DNA of 64,000 nucleotides from Clostridia bacterium (GTDB lineage: Bacteria > Bacillota > Clostridia > Christensenellales > CAG-138). The translations under genes and the position numbers were made by a program. The DNA lies in the NCBI GenBank assembly GCA_017545535.1, contig JAFWMS010000033.1, forward strand, positions 107,981 to 171,980, written 5' to 3'. Of this stretch, positions 10,542-20,653 are shown piece by piece; within the stretch, counting starts at the first letter, position 1; the number at the start of each line of letters is the position of its first letter. The notes beneath the pieces are model-generated. The model was not told where the DNA came from, ran no database searches, and was given only the letters and a program-made list of their open reading frames with translations.

Positions 10542-11549
10542 ATGAAGGAGTTTTTACGCATAGAGGATATTCCCCGGGGCCAGGCGGGACCGGAGCTGGT
10601 GGAGGGCTGTCTGGTGCTGGAAGGCGGCGCCTTCCGGGGCCTGTATACCCAGGGCTTTTTGGACGCCATGATGGAGAACGGCTTGAACCTTTCCTGCGTC
10701 ATCGGCGTGTCCGCCGGGGCCCTGGCAGGGATCAACTATGTTTCGGGGCAGATCGGCCGCTCCGCCCGGACCAACCTGACCTTCCGCCACGACAGCCGAT
10801 ATGTGGGGGCCAAGTCCCTGCTCCGCAGCCACAGCATCCTGGACGTGGGCTTTCTCACAGAGGATCGGGGTATTTTGGAGCCCCTGGATCGGGACAGGTT
10901 CGATCGTCCGGACCAGCGGTATGTGGCCGTGGCCACCGATTGCCGCACGGGAGAGGCGGCCTATTTTGAAAAGGGCTTCTGCCCGGACATCATGACGGAA
11001 GCCCGGGCCTCTGCCACCATGCCCTTCATCTCGCCCATGGTCATGCTGGAGGACGTGCCCTATTTGGATGGGGGCTGCGCCTGCAAGATCCCCTATGCCT
11101 GGGCGTTGAAACAGGGGTATGAAAAGATCGTCGTCATCCGCACCCGGGACGCGGCCTTCCGGGATCGGGGAAGGACCCGCCGGGAACCGCCCAAGCTGAT
11201 GAAGCGGATGGCCAAGCGGGGACTTCCCGTGGCCAAGCGCATCTATCGAGCCTATCCGCTTCTTGACCAGCAGATCGCCTGCCGGGAGCAGAATGCCCTG
11301 CGCCGGTTCTATCGGGAGTATCCCGCCCTGATGGCGGCTTTGGAGGCAGGCCCTGCTCGGTACAATCAGCAGTGCGAGGAACTGGAAAAGCTTAATTCAG
11401 AAGGCCGCTTGCTGCACATGACCCCTTCCCAGCCTATTCAGGTGGGGACGATCGAGGGGGACGTGGACAAGCTTCTGGATCTGTATGCCCTGGGCTACAA
11501 CGACTGTCTGAACCAGTTGCCCCGGCTTCGGTCCTATTTGAACAAGTAG
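10542..11549 (+). CDS. Patatin-like phospholipase family protein
   Basis: Oxyanion motif GGAFRG, nucleophile GVSAGA (GxSxG) and catalytic DGG. Start at the internal ATG 10542. Confidence 0.8.
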   Translation: MKEFLRIEDIPRGQAGPELVEGCLVLEGGAFRGLYTQGFLDAMMENGLNLSCVIGVSAGALAGINYVSGQIGRSARTNLTFRHDSRYVGAKSLLRSHSILDVGFLTEDRGILEPLDRDRFDRPDQRYVAVATDCRTGEAAYFEKGFCPDIMTEARASATMPFISPMVMLEDVPYLDGGCACKIPYAWALKQGYEKIVVIRTRDAAFRDRGRTRREPPKLMKRMAKRGLPVAKRIYRAYPLLDQQIACREQNALRRFYREYPALMAALEAGPARYNQQCEELEKLNSEGRLLHMTPSQPIQVGTIEGDVDKLLDLYALGYNDCLNQLPRLRSYLNK

Positions 11550-11607
11550 GCACCTTCGGCTTTTTCGGTTGAAAAAAAGCCCAACATATGATACGCTATA
11601 CCACATA

Positions 11608-12918
11608 ATGGATAGGAATGCGCAGGGAAAAGTGATCACCCGTGTGGATGCGGATTCCCCGGCGGCCCGGGAGGGGCTCAGGACCGGGGACTTGCTGCTG
11701 TCCGTCAACGGGGAGCCGGTGAAGGATCTCATCGACTATGAAGCCCTGTCCGTCCGCGGCCGCCTCGTGGTGGAAGTGGAGCGCGGGGGAGAGCGGCTTC
11801 GCTACCTGGTGCGCAAAAAGGTGGGGGAGCCTTTGGGATTGTGCTTCGAGACCACCCTCATGGACCGGATGCAGACCTGCAAAAACCGGTGCCTGTTCTG
11901 CTTTGTGGATCAGATGCCCAAGGGCATCCGCAGCTCCCTCAACGTGAAGGACGACGACTGGCGGCTCTCCTTCATCATGGGCAACTACGTGACCTTGACC
12001 AACGTGTCCGAGGAGGAGTTCGGACGTATTTTGAAGCGCCGGGTGAGCCCCCTCTACGTGTCGGTCCATGCGACGGATCCGGAGCTTCGGGTGAAGCTCA
12101 TGAGCAACCCCACGGCGGGCCGGATCATGGAGCGGCTCACCGCGCTGAAGGATGCGGGCATCACCTTCCACACCCAGATTGTCCTGTGTCCCGGGCTCAA
12201 CGACGGGGCCGCCTTGGAGCAGACGTTGGCTGATCTTGCTTCCCTCTATCCCTATTGCGCCTCCGTTGCCGCCGTGCCTGTGGGGCTGACAAAGTTTCGG
12301 GAGGGGCTGTATCCCCTCCGGGGCTACACGGCGGAGGAGGCCAGGGCCTTGATCGCCTACGGGGAGGGGAAGCAGGCGGAGTACCAAAGGGAGTGGGACG
12401 ACACCTTCTTCTATCTTTCTGACGAGTGGTATCTCACGGCGGACCTGCCTCTGCCGCCCACGGAGAGCTATGGGGACTTTCCCCAGATCGAGAACGGCGT
12501 GGGGTTGCTTCGGCTCTTCGAACTGGATTTTCGGGAGGCGTTGGCGGAAAAAACACCTCTGCCGGGACCGCGCCGCATCACCGTGGCCGGGGGCGTGGCA
12601 GCCAACCCCTTCTTCAAAGAACTGTATAAAAGTTTATGCAATTATAATATTTATGCAGACGTGATCCCCGTGGAGAATCGTTTCTTCGGCGGCAACGTCC
12701 ATGTGGCGGGACTGGTGACGGCGGGGGACCTGATGCGCATTTTCCCAGAGATAGGCGGGGAGCCTATCCTGATCCCCCGGAATATGCTCCGGGAGAAGGA
12801 CAGCGTGTTTCTGGACGGCGTGACCCTCGCGGAGCTGGAACAAAAGATGGGACGCCGCATCCTGCCCTTCGGCGGCGGCAAGGAATTTATCGACCTGGTA
12901 TTTGGAGACGAACTATGA
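11608..12918 (+). CDS. PDZ domain + radical-SAM-like DUF512 family protein
   Basis: PDZ-like N-terminus ([29 protein letters not shown]), CxxxCxxC motif (CKNRCLFC), and the conserved position upstream of der. Start uncertain (TTG 11569, ATG 11608 or GTG 11632). Confidence 0.7.
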   Translation: MDRNAQGKVITRVDADSPAAREGLRTGDLLLSVNGEPVKDLIDYEALSVRGRLVVEVERGGERLRYLVRKKVGEPLGLCFETTLMDRMQTCKNRCLFCFVDQMPKGIRSSLNVKDDDWRLSFIMGNYVTLTNVSEEEFGRILKRRVSPLYVSVHATDPELRVKLMSNPTAGRIMERLTALKDAGITFHTQIVLCPGLNDGAALEQTLADLASLYPYCASVAAVPVGLTKFREGLYPLRGYTAEEARALIAYGEGKQAEYQREWDDTFFYLSDEWYLTADLPLPPTESYGDFPQIENGVGLLRLFELDFREALAEKTPLPGPRRITVAGGVAANPFFKELYKSLCNYNIYADVIPVENRFFGGNVHVAGLVTAGDLMRIFPEIGGEPILIPRNMLREKDSVFLDGVTLAELEQKMGRRILPFGGGKEFIDLVFGDEL

Positions 12919-14237
12919 GCAAACCTTTGGTAGCCATCGTGGGACGGCCCAACGTGGGCAAATCCACCCTATTCAACAAGCTGATCGGGCGGCGGCTTTC
13001 CATCGTGGAGGACACCCCCGGCGTCACCCGGGACCGCATCTACGCGGACGCCGAGTGGCTCACTCACAGCTTCACCCTTATCGACACCGGCGGCATCGAG
13101 CCAGCCAGCGAGGACATCATCGCCGTACAGATGCGACGGCAGGCGGAGTTGGCCATTGAGACGGCGGACGTAATCCTCTTTTTGGTGGATGGACGGGAGG
13201 GCATGACCGCCGCTGACGAGGAGGTGGCCACCATGCTGCGTAAAAGCAACAAACCCGTGGTCCTGGCGGTGAACAAGCTGGACGCGCCGAAGTATAACGA
13301 CGCCGTCTACGAATTCTACGCCCTGGGCCTGGGGGACCCCATCATCATCTCCGCCGGCCAGGGGCTGGGCCTCGGCGACATGTTGGACGAAGTCTGCGCC
13401 CACTTTCCGGAGGGAACGGCGGAGGAGGGGGAGCATCCCCTGAACATCGCCGTGGTGGGCAAGCCCAACGTGGGCAAGAGCAGCCTGGTGAACGCTCTGC
13501 TGGGGGAGGAGCGGTGCATCGTTTCCAACATCCCCGGCACCACCCGGGACGCGGTGGACACGCCCTTCACCGTGGACGGCGAGCCCTTCGTGCTGGTGGA
13601 CACCGCCGGTATCCGCCGGAAGCGGGCTGTGGAGGACGAGACCATCGAGCGATACAGCGTCATCCGCTCCCTGGCCGCCGTGCGCCGGGCGGACGTGGTT
13701 TTGATCGTGGTGGACGCGGAGCAGGGCCTTTCCGAACAGGACGTGAAGATTGCCGGCTATGTGCATGAGGAGGGGAAGCCCTCGGTGCTGGTGGTCAACA
13801 AGTGGGACCTGATCGAGAAGGACACCAACACCATGAACAAATTCAAAAAGGACATGCAGGTAGACCTGGCGTTCATGGATTATGTTCCATTCCTGTTCAT
13901 CTCCGCCAAGACCGGCCAGCGGGTGAACAAGCTCCTCTCGGCCGCCAAGGAGAGCTACGCCCAGTCCGTTCGCAGGATCACCACCGGCACCCTGAACGAC
14001 ATCGTCAACGAGGCCATCTCCATGACGGAACCGCCCGCCATGTCCGGCAAGCGGCTCAAGATCTACTATGCTACGGAGGTCTCCGTGCAGCCGCCCACCT
14101 TCGTCATCTTCGTCAACGAGGAGAGCTTGGTCCACTTCTCCTACAAGAGGTATATGGAGAACTATTTTAGAAAAACCTTCGGCTTCCAGGGCACGCCCAT
14201 CCAGATCATCTTCCGCAACAGGGGAAAGGAGGAATAA
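12915..14237 (+). CDS. der: Ribosome biogenesis GTPase Der (EngA)
   Basis: Two tandem GTPase domains (GRPNVGKST...DTGG; GKPNVGKSS...DTAG) plus a KH-like C-terminus. Confidence 0.95.
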   Translation: MSKPLVAIVGRPNVGKSTLFNKLIGRRLSIVEDTPGVTRDRIYADAEWLTHSFTLIDTGGIEPASEDIIAVQMRRQAELAIETADVILFLVDGREGMTAADEEVATMLRKSNKPVVLAVNKLDAPKYNDAVYEFYALGLGDPIIISAGQGLGLGDMLDEVCAHFPEGTAEEGEHPLNIAVVGKPNVGKSSLVNALLGEERCIVSNIPGTTRDAVDTPFTVDGEPFVLVDTAGIRRKRAVEDETIERYSVIRSLAAVRRADVVLIVVDAEQGLSEQDVKIAGYVHEEGKPSVLVVNKWDLIEKDTNTMNKFKKDMQVDLAFMDYVPFLFISAKTGQRVNKLLSAAKESYAQSVRRITTGTLNDIVNEAISMTEPPAMSGKRLKIYYATEVSVQPPTFVIFVNEESLVHFSYKRYMENYFRKTFGFQGTPIQIIFRNRGKEE

Positions 14238-14240
14238 GGT

Positions 14241-14885
14241 ATGTTGAATGTCGTTCAAATACAGACCGTGGCCATCATCCTGGTCCTCAGCTACTTCATC
14301 GGCAACTTCCAGACGGCGGTGCTGTTCTCCAAACGATTCCTTCACGACGACGTGCGCCAGCATGGCAGCGGCAACCCCGGTGCCTCCAATATGACCCGGG
14401 TTTTCGGTACTAAGTGGGGGGTGCTCACCTTCCTGGGCGACGCTTTCAAGTGCTTCCTGGGCGTGGCCCTGGGGGCGTATCTGGGCCGGTGGTGGGGCAT
14501 CGCCGTTCAGAAGAGCGCCATGGATTTTGCCCTGGGCGCCTATATCGGGGGCCTGGGGGTGGTGCTGGGCCACTGCTGGCCGGTGCTGTATCGCTTTCGG
14601 GGCGGCAAGGGCGTGGCCTGCTTCTTCGCCTTCATGTTTTTGACCTTCCCTCTGGGCGGCGGCATCACGGCCGTCTTTGCCCTGGTGGTGTTTCTCTTCT
14701 GCCACATGATGTCTCTGGTGTCCATGACCAGCTCCCTGCTCTTTACCATCCTGTGCCTGGTGAACCATGGCCAGCGGCCCTGGCTTTGGCTCTTTGCTCT
14801 GCTGTGCACCATCGTGATCGTCGTTCGCCATCGGTCCAATATCCAGCGCATCATCGCCGGCACCGAGGGCACCATCAACTATTGA
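14241..14885 (+). CDS. plsY: Glycerol-3-phosphate acyltransferase PlsY
   Basis: Polytopic 214 aa protein with GSGNPGASN and HCWPV..F.GGKG motifs. Conserved der-plsY adjacency. Confidence 0.9.
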   Translation: MLNVVQIQTVAIILVLSYFIGNFQTAVLFSKRFLHDDVRQHGSGNPGASNMTRVFGTKWGVLTFLGDAFKCFLGVALGAYLGRWWGIAVQKSAMDFALGAYIGGLGVVLGHCWPVLYRFRGGKGVACFFAFMFLTFPLGGGITAVFALVVFLFCHMMSLVSMTSSLLFTILCLVNHGQRPWLWLFALLCTIVIVVRHRSNIQRIIAGTEGTINY

Positions 14886-14898
14886 AGGAGGCTTTTTC

Positions 14899-15375
14899 GT
14901 GTCCATCCGCATCAAACCCATGGAGACCGACGAAGAGATCAGGGGCAAGGCCTTCGTCCATTGGAAGTGCTGGCAGGAGGTGTATCCCGGCCTCGTGAGC
15001 CAGGAATACCTGGACAATCTCACGTTGGAAAAGACGGAGGAAAAGGCCTTCCAATGGCGGGACAACATCCTGGTGGCCAAGGACGGGGACGGGGTCGTGG
15101 GCTTCGTGGGCTATGGCAAGAGCAGCGAAGCGGACACAGGGGAGGTGTTCGCGCTATATGTGCTGCCGGAGTACCATGGCACCGGTGTGGGGCGGCAGCT
15201 GATGGACTCGGCCATGGAGAAACTGTCGGCTTATCCCAGGATCTGCCTGTGGCTCGTGAAGGGCAATGGCCGGGCCGTCCGCTTCTATGAGAAATGCGGC
15301 TTTCACCTGAACGGGGTCGAAAAGCTGGTTTCATCCGTCGGGGCTGAGGGGCTGCAGATGGTGAAGGAGAAGTAG
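14899..15375 (+). CDS. GNAT family N-acetyltransferase
   Basis: 158 aa. Acetyl-CoA binding-type motif (YHGTGVGRQLM) and C-terminal RFYEKCGF. Confidence 0.75.
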   Translation: MSIRIKPMETDEEIRGKAFVHWKCWQEVYPGLVSQEYLDNLTLEKTEEKAFQWRDNILVAKDGDGVVGFVGYGKSSEADTGEVFALYVLPEYHGTGVGRQLMDSAMEKLSAYPRICLWLVKGNGRAVRFYEKCGFHLNGVEKLVSSVGAEGLQMVKEK

Positions 15376-15376
15376 G

Positions 15377-15404
15377 CCTTTTCTTTTCTCCGAAAAGAAA
15401 AAGG
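15377..15404. terminator. Bidirectional terminator between the GNAT gene and sigF
   Basis: CCTTTTCTTTTC / GAAAAGAAAAAGG hairpin (one bulged A) between convergent stops. Confidence 0.6.
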
Positions 15405-15418
15405 TGCGAAAAACAAAA

Positions 15419-16126
15419 CTATCCGCCATCGCCCTGTTGCCGCATGCGCAGCAGGGCCTTTTTTTCGATGCGGGAGATCTGAACCTGGGAAAGACCCAGG
15501 CGTTTGCCCACCTCCGACTGAGTTTTGTCCTGAAAATAGCGGAGAAACAGCACCTGTCGCTCCCGTACCGTAAGGAGGGAAAACAGCTCCTTCAGCTCCA
15601 CCCGTTGGAGGGCGTCCCGTTCCGTGTCAGCGTTTGCGCTGCCCAGGAAGGATTGCAGGTCGGCTCCATCCTCCTCCGTGGGCGTGTCCAGGGACAGGGC
15701 CCCCTCCCGGGAGGCCAAGGCCGCCGTAATGTCCTCCAGAGGAACCTGCAGCCGGGCCGAGAGCTGCTCCACGGTCAAGTCCCCCTGCTCCCGGCGAACT
15801 CGTTCGATCTGTATGGCAAGGGACTTTGCCTCTCGGGAGAATTTCACCATTCCGTCGTCCCGGAGGAATCGGCGGATCTCCCCGGCGATGAGGGGCACGG
15901 CATAGGTGGAAAAGCACAGCCCCCTGTCCGGGTTAAACCGCCGCAGGGCCTGCAGCAGCCCGATGCTGCCCAGCTGGAGCATGTCCTCCTGTACGAGGCC
16001 GCAGTTCCTATATCGGCGGGCGATGGCGGCTACCAAAGGCATGTTCTCCGCAACGAGCTGCCCCTCCACGGTTCGGTCCCCGGCCTGCAGCCGTCGGATG
16101 CACGCGGTGAAGGCCTCAGCTTCCAC
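15419..16126 (-). CDS. sigF: Sporulation sigma factor SigF
   Basis: Sigma-70 family regions 2-4 (region 4 HTH VGKRLGLSQVQISRIEKKAL). Third gene after spoIIAA-spoIIAB, as in the spoIIA operon. Confidence 0.9.
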   Translation of the reverse strand: MEAEAFTACIRRLQAGDRTVEGQLVAENMPLVAAIARRYRNCGLVQEDMLQLGSIGLLQALRRFNPDRGLCFSTYAVPLIAGEIRRFLRDDGMVKFSREAKSLAIQIERVRREQGDLTVEQLSARLQVPLEDITAALASREGALSLDTPTEEDGADLQSFLGSANADTERDALQRVELKELFSLLTVRERQVLFLRYFQDKTQSEVGKRLGLSQVQISRIEKKALLRMRQQGDGG

Positions 16127-16550
16127 AGGCGCTGCCGATCTGCTTCTCCATGGTCACGGCGGTCCCCTCGCCGGGAGCGGATTCAATGGTCACGCTGTCC
16201 ATGAACGCCTCCATCACTGCAAAGCCCATGCCGGACCGCTCCAGCTCCGGCTTGCTGGTATAGAAGGGCCGTCGGGCCAGCTCGATATCCTCGATGCCGC
16301 AGCCCGTGTCCTTCACGACGATCCTGAGCCGATGGTCCTCCGCCTCGCAGCGCAGGGTGATCATGGCGTTCCTGTCGTTCCCGTAGGCGTGGATGATGGC
16401 GTTGGTCACCGCCTCGGATACCGCGGTCCTAAGATCGGACAGCTCGTCGATGGTGGGATCCAGCAGGGATGCAAAGGCAGCGGTGGCCGCCCGGGCGAAT
16501 CCCTCATTTACGGAGAGGGAGGGAAAGGTCAGCTCCATCCAATTATCCAT
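16116..16550 (-). CDS. spoIIAB: Anti-sigma F factor (serine kinase) SpoIIAB
   Basis: 144 aa GHKL-type kinase: ELSDLRTAVSEAVTNAIIHAY ... DTGCGIEDI ... RSGMGF. Confidence 0.9.
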   Translation of the reverse strand: MDNWMELTFPSLSVNEGFARAATAAFASLLDPTIDELSDLRTAVSEAVTNAIIHAYGNDRNAMITLRCEAEDHRLRIVVKDTGCGIEDIELARRPFYTSKPELERSGMGFAVMEAFMDSVTIESAPGEGTAVTMEKQIGSACGS

Positions 16551-16560
16551 ATGCGCCTCC

Positions 16561-16866
16561 TTATTGCCTGTCCACGATGGCGTAGATGCCCGACATGCGG
16601 AAGATCCGGTCGATGGCCCCCGACATGCCCGTCACGGTGAGATGCCCACCCCGCATGCTCAAGATCCGATATCGGCCCAGGACCACCCCGAGCCCTGCGC
16701 TGTCCATGAAGGTGACGCCGGAAAGGTCCAGCGTCAGATCACGGACCGTGATGTCCTTCAACAGGGTGTCCAGCATGTTTCGCGTCTGTTCCGCGCTGTG
16801 ATGATCCAGCTCCCCACTCAGCTTCACGTGGAGCCGGGGGCCTCGTTTGCTCGCGTTTATCTCCAT
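16561..16866 (-). CDS. spoIIAA: Anti-sigma F factor antagonist SpoIIAA (STAS domain)
   Basis: 101 aa STAS protein with the phosphorylatable serine context FMDSAGLGVVLG. Confidence 0.9.
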   Translation of the reverse strand: MEINASKRGPRLHVKLSGELDHHSAEQTRNMLDTLLKDITVRDLTLDLSGVTFMDSAGLGVVLGRYRILSMRGGHLTVTGMSGAIDRIFRMSGIYAIVDRQ

Positions 16867-16985
16867 AGCGTAACTCCTTTGCGTAGGCTGTCCAAAATAG
16901 ATACGGCGGGGCGCGGGCCGCCTCCTGTCTCGAATGTGGACGAGCTTTGGGGCATGATGACTACCTTTGGAGAATACCCTGTATC

Positions 16986-17909
16986 ATGAGAAAAGGACTG
17001 TTGCTGCGGGCCGCCGTGGCCCTGCTGATCCTGGCGTTCCTCGTCCGCGTAGGGCCCACGGTGGGGGCTGCGGCGGGGGACAGCTTCTATGTACAAAACC
17101 GCCTGCCGGCCGCGCCGGACTATGTGGGCACGATCAACCTCTATCACATCGTCACCCACAGGACCTACCAGGGCAGCGTCACCGCCTTTCTCCAGGAGCG
17201 GGCGGAGGCCTTCAACAAACGGCACTTCGGCGTCAGGATCGCGGTGGAGGGCATGGGGGAGCAGGACTTCTTGGAGCGGCTTTCCTACGGCCGCAGGGCG
17301 GACATGTACTCCTTCTTTTCCGGTGCCCTGTATGAGGAACTGCTGCAGGCGGCGACCTTCGCTCCCGATGCGCCCCTGCGCCCGGGCCTTGTCGTCACGT
17401 CCTACGCCGCGCCCTGGTTTTTCTCCGGCTACGTGCAAGTCAGCGAGGGGGAGACCTCGCCTGTCGCCGCCCTCGCCAACGGTGCAGCGGGGGCGGTCCT
17501 GGACCTGCGGGCCTGGGGGGACATCCAGCGGGCGGGAGAAGCCGGGGGAGAGGCGGAATTCGCCGGCTCTTTCACCGATCAGGTATGCTATCTGGGCGTG
17601 GATCGGAACACGCCCCCTGAAAAGGCGGAATGGTGCCTGAAATTCTATGATTTTCTGGTTTCAGAGCCCGTTCAGCGCATGCTCCCCGCCCTGGGAGCCT
17701 TCTCCGTCCGCTCGGACACGCCCTGCCCCTACGGCGACGGGCTGCTGGTAAAGTTGGACAGATCTTACGAGGCCGTGACGGTGCCGGACCCTTTCCGCTA
17801 TCATGTCCACAGGGCAAAACTTCTTGAGGAGGCCGAGGCTGCCCTCAAGGGGGACGAGGCTGCAAAAAACAACTTTTTTCAGCGACTCGCCATTGTAATC
17901 GGCCCATGA
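16986..17909 (+). CDS. Hypothetical exported / membrane-anchored protein
   Basis: N-terminal hydrophobic segment (MRKGLLLRAAVALLILAFLV). No recognisable motif. Coding call rests on ORF length and its position between sigF and murB. Confidence 0.45.
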   Translation: MRKGLLLRAAVALLILAFLVRVGPTVGAAAGDSFYVQNRLPAAPDYVGTINLYHIVTHRTYQGSVTAFLQERAEAFNKRHFGVRIAVEGMGEQDFLERLSYGRRADMYSFFSGALYEELLQAATFAPDAPLRPGLVVTSYAAPWFFSGYVQVSEGETSPVAALANGAAGAVLDLRAWGDIQRAGEAGGEAEFAGSFTDQVCYLGVDRNTPPEKAEWCLKFYDFLVSEPVQRMLPALGAFSVRSDTPCPYGDGLLVKLDRSYEAVTVPDPFRYHVHRAKLLEEAEAALKGDEAAKNNFFQRLAIVIGP

Positions 17910-17927
17910 ATTTGCTATACTGACATC

Positions 17928-18842
17928 ATGGTATACAATCGAGAAAATGTGTCCAAAGCATTAAAAAAAATCGGCGCCCGGCAGGACGTGCCCCTTTCGG
18001 AATTGGTCAGTTTCCGGGTGGGTGGCCCTGCGGCCTTCGTGTTGCAGCCGAAAAACGAGGCGGACCTGGGCTATGCCCTGACCCTGTGTAAACAGGAGCG
18101 CGTTCCCGTCATCCTCCTGGGCAACGGCACCAACGTCCTGCCCCCGGACGAGGGCTTCGACGGCCTCATCATTGAGATGAGCGGCGACAACGACGCCCCC
18201 GTCTTCGAGGGAGGGAAGGTCACCGTGGGGGCGGGCTATTCCTTGACGGCCCTCGCCAAGGAGAGCGTACAGCGAGGCTATATGGGCCTTGAGCGACTTT
18301 GCGGCATTCCCGGTACCGTGGGCGGCGCCGTGGCCATGAACGCAGGGGCCTACGGCGGGGAGATCAAGAGCGTGCTTCGCCGTGTCCGGCTCTGGCGGGA
18401 CGGAGCTTTCCTCTGGGAGGATGCCCATCTGGACGAGATGGGCTATCGCAAAAGCCCCTATACCTGGCCTGGGACCATCGTCACCGGGGTGGAGCTGTGC
18501 TTGCAGCCCGACGACGGCACGGCCGCCGAGACCATGGCCGACTGCATGCGGCGGCGACGGGAGAAGCAGCCGCTGTCCCTGCCCTCCGCTGGCAGCACCT
18601 TCAAGCGGCCGGAGGGCCACTTCGCCGGGGCTCTTATCGAGGGCTGCGGCCTGAAGGGCGCTTCCGAGGGCGGCGCACAGGTGTCCGAACTCCACGCCGG
18701 GTTCATCGTGAACCGAGGCGGCGCCACGGCGTCGGATATCCTTTCCCTTATGAAACGGGTGCAGACCACCGTTTTGAGCGAGACGGGCGTGCTGTTGGAG
18801 CCTGAAGTAAAAAGACTGGAGGAGCTATCATGTATCTTTTGA
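17928..18842 (+). CDS. murB: UDP-N-acetylenolpyruvoylglucosamine reductase
   Basis: FAD-binding PCMH domain (FRVGGPA...LGNGTNVL) and MurB C-terminal motif (PSAGSTFKRP). Confidence 0.9.
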   Translation: MVYNRENVSKALKKIGARQDVPLSELVSFRVGGPAAFVLQPKNEADLGYALTLCKQERVPVILLGNGTNVLPPDEGFDGLIIEMSGDNDAPVFEGGKVTVGAGYSLTALAKESVQRGYMGLERLCGIPGTVGGAVAMNAGAYGGEIKSVLRRVRLWRDGAFLWEDAHLDEMGYRKSPYTWPGTIVTGVELCLQPDDGTAAETMADCMRRRREKQPLSLPSAGSTFKRPEGHFAGALIEGCGLKGASEGGAQVSELHAGFIVNRGGATASDILSLMKRVQTTVLSETGVLLEPEVKRLEELSCIF

Positions 18843-19714
18843 TCGTCACGGGCATGAGCGGCGCCGGCAAAAGCACCGCTCTAAACGCTCTGGAGGAGCT
18901 GGGCTACTATTGCGTGGACAACCTGCCGTCCCCCATGCTGCCTGCTTTCGTGGAGATGTGCGGCAACGCCAAGCCCGCCATCGAACGGGCGGCGGTGGCG
19001 GTGGACAGCCGAGAAAGCCTTTTGTCCGCCGGGCCAGAGGACGCCCTGGACGCTCTTAAAAGCCTTTCCTGCCGGTATGAGATCCTGTTCCTTGATGCTC
19101 GGGACGAGGTGCTCATGGAGCGATACAACGAATCCCGGCGGCGCCATCCCCTGGGCGAGGGCGGCGACGCTGCCTCCGGCGTGCGCCAGGAGCGGGCCTT
19201 TTTGGGAAACATGCTGGCTCACGCGGATTATGTGATCGACACCTCGGACGTGGCGGCGCGAAACTTCCCCAAGTTGATGAAAAAGTTCCTGCCGGAGATC
19301 GGCAGCCCCCACATGAGCGTGGTCATCTGCAGCTTTGGCTACAAGCGGGGGGTGCCCGTGGACGCGGATATCGTGCTGGATACCCGGTTTGCGGAGAACC
19401 CATACTATGTGCCGGAGCTTCGCAGACTATCCGGCCTCGATCAGCCGGTGAAGGACTTTTTGAAGGACAAGCCCCTTATGGCGGACGTGCTGGACTGGGC
19501 CGTGAACCTGGTGGAGAAGGCGCTGCCCTACTATGAGCAGCAGGGGAAGAACCTGCTTCGCCTCTGCTTCGGCTGCACCGGCGGCCGCCATCGCTCCGTC
19601 TATGCCGCGGAAACGGTGGCCAACCGGCTCAGAGAGGACGGCATCCCCGTCCGGGTCTACCATAGGGATCTGTCCATCGAGGCGGCGGACATCGAAAGCA
19701 GGATGATGCATTAA
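18830..19714 (+). CDS. rapZ: RNase adapter / nucleotide-binding protein RapZ (YvcJ)
   Basis: Walker A TGMSGAGKSTAL, conserved C-terminal FGCTGGRHRSV motif. Confidence 0.9.
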   Translation: MYLLIVTGMSGAGKSTALNALEELGYYCVDNLPSPMLPAFVEMCGNAKPAIERAAVAVDSRESLLSAGPEDALDALKSLSCRYEILFLDARDEVLMERYNESRRRHPLGEGGDAASGVRQERAFLGNMLAHADYVIDTSDVAARNFPKLMKKFLPEIGSPHMSVVICSFGYKRGVPVDADIVLDTRFAENPYYVPELRRLSGLDQPVKDFLKDKPLMADVLDWAVNLVEKALPYYEQQGKNLLRLCFGCTGGRHRSVYAAETVANRLREDGIPVRVYHRDLSIEAADIESRMMH

Positions 19715-20653
19715 ATGAGCTTTGCTTCGGAAATCAAGGATGAGGTGGTCCGTGTTCGGGCGCGGGACGGGGCTGTGAAGCTCTCGGAGCTGTCCGGGCT
19801 TACCTTTGCCTGCGGAAATCTGAAGCTGGGCCGGAAAAAGGCGATCAGCTACCGGACAGAGAACCGGGAGGTGGGCAAACACATCGCTGCCCTGGGCACG
19901 GCCCTCTATGGCCTGGAGGTGGAGATGGAGGAGCGGGTGCGGGAGCACCGCAAGGCCGCCCCCCTCTATGTGGTGAACATGAGCGGCCCCAGGGCAGGGG
20001 AGATGCTTTCGGATACGGGCGTCCTGGTCACGGATGAGGAGGGGGTCCACCTGCTGTCCCGGCTGCCGGAGGACCTGGTCCGAGAAGAGGAGGCTCGCCG
20101 CGCCTTCGTGCGGGGGTGCTTTTTGGGGGCGGGCAGCTGCTCCGATCCTCAGGGAGAGTACAGCCTGGAGATCCTTTGCCGAGCGGAGGGCTTCGCCTTG
20201 GGCCTCTGCAACCTGCTGAATGAATACGGGCTCACGGCGCGGTACGCCCTCAGGCGGAACCGGTACGTGGTGTATCTTAAGGACGGGGACAGCATCACCG
20301 GCTTCCTGGCCCTCATCGGCTCCAGCATGGCTGCCCTGGATCTGGAAAACGTGCGGGCGGAGAAGGAGACGCGGAACTACGTGAACCGGACCACCAATTG
20401 CGAGTACGCCAATCTCGACAAGCTGGTGGCCGCCTCCGTCAAGCAGCAGCAGGCGGTGAACACCATCCTGCGTCACGGCCATTTTCAGCGGCTCCCCAAA
20501 GCCCTCAAGGAGGCGGCGGAGCTCAGGCTAAACTACCCGGACGCCAGCTTGCAGGAGCTGGCGGACATGGCGGATATCAAAAAATCGGGCATGAACCATC
20601 GGCTCACCCGGCTGATCGAGTATGCCCAGGACTTGGAGAACGGTCTTATATGA
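19715..20653 (+). CDS. whiA: DNA-binding sporulation/cell-division regulator WhiA
   Basis: 312 aa, MSFASEIKDEV..., degenerate LAGLIDADG-type repeats (FVRGCFLGAGS) and a C-terminal HTH (SLQELADMADIKKSGMNHRL). Confidence 0.9.
   Translation: MSFASEIKDEVVRVRARDGAVKLSELSGLTFACGNLKLGRKKAISYRTENREVGKHIAALGTALYGLEVEMEERVREHRKAAPLYVVNMSGPRAGEMLSDTGVLVTDEEGVHLLSRLPEDLVREEEARRAFVRGCFLGAGSCSDPQGEYSLEILCRAEGFALGLCNLLNEYGLTARYALRRNRYVVYLKDGDSITGFLALIGSSMAALDLENVRAEKETRNYVNRTTNCEYANLDKLVAASVKQQQAVNTILRHGHFQRLPKALKEAAELRLNYPDASLQELADMADIKKSGMNHRLTRLIEYAQDLENGLI

Noticed and set aside
12969-15080. 703-aa minus-strand ORF spanning der, plsY and the GNAT gene
   Set aside because: It crosses three well-supported plus-strand genes and their intergenic gaps. 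Composition is Gly/His/Arg/Pro-rich with no motifs. It is a GC-driven antisense artefact.
16867-16985. Spo0A box upstream of spoIIAA (TGTCTCGAA at about 16927-16935)
   Set aside because: It differs from the 0A-box consensus TGTCGAA by an inserted base. I found no exact 0A box or clear sigma-H promoter by eye, so no regulatory call was made.
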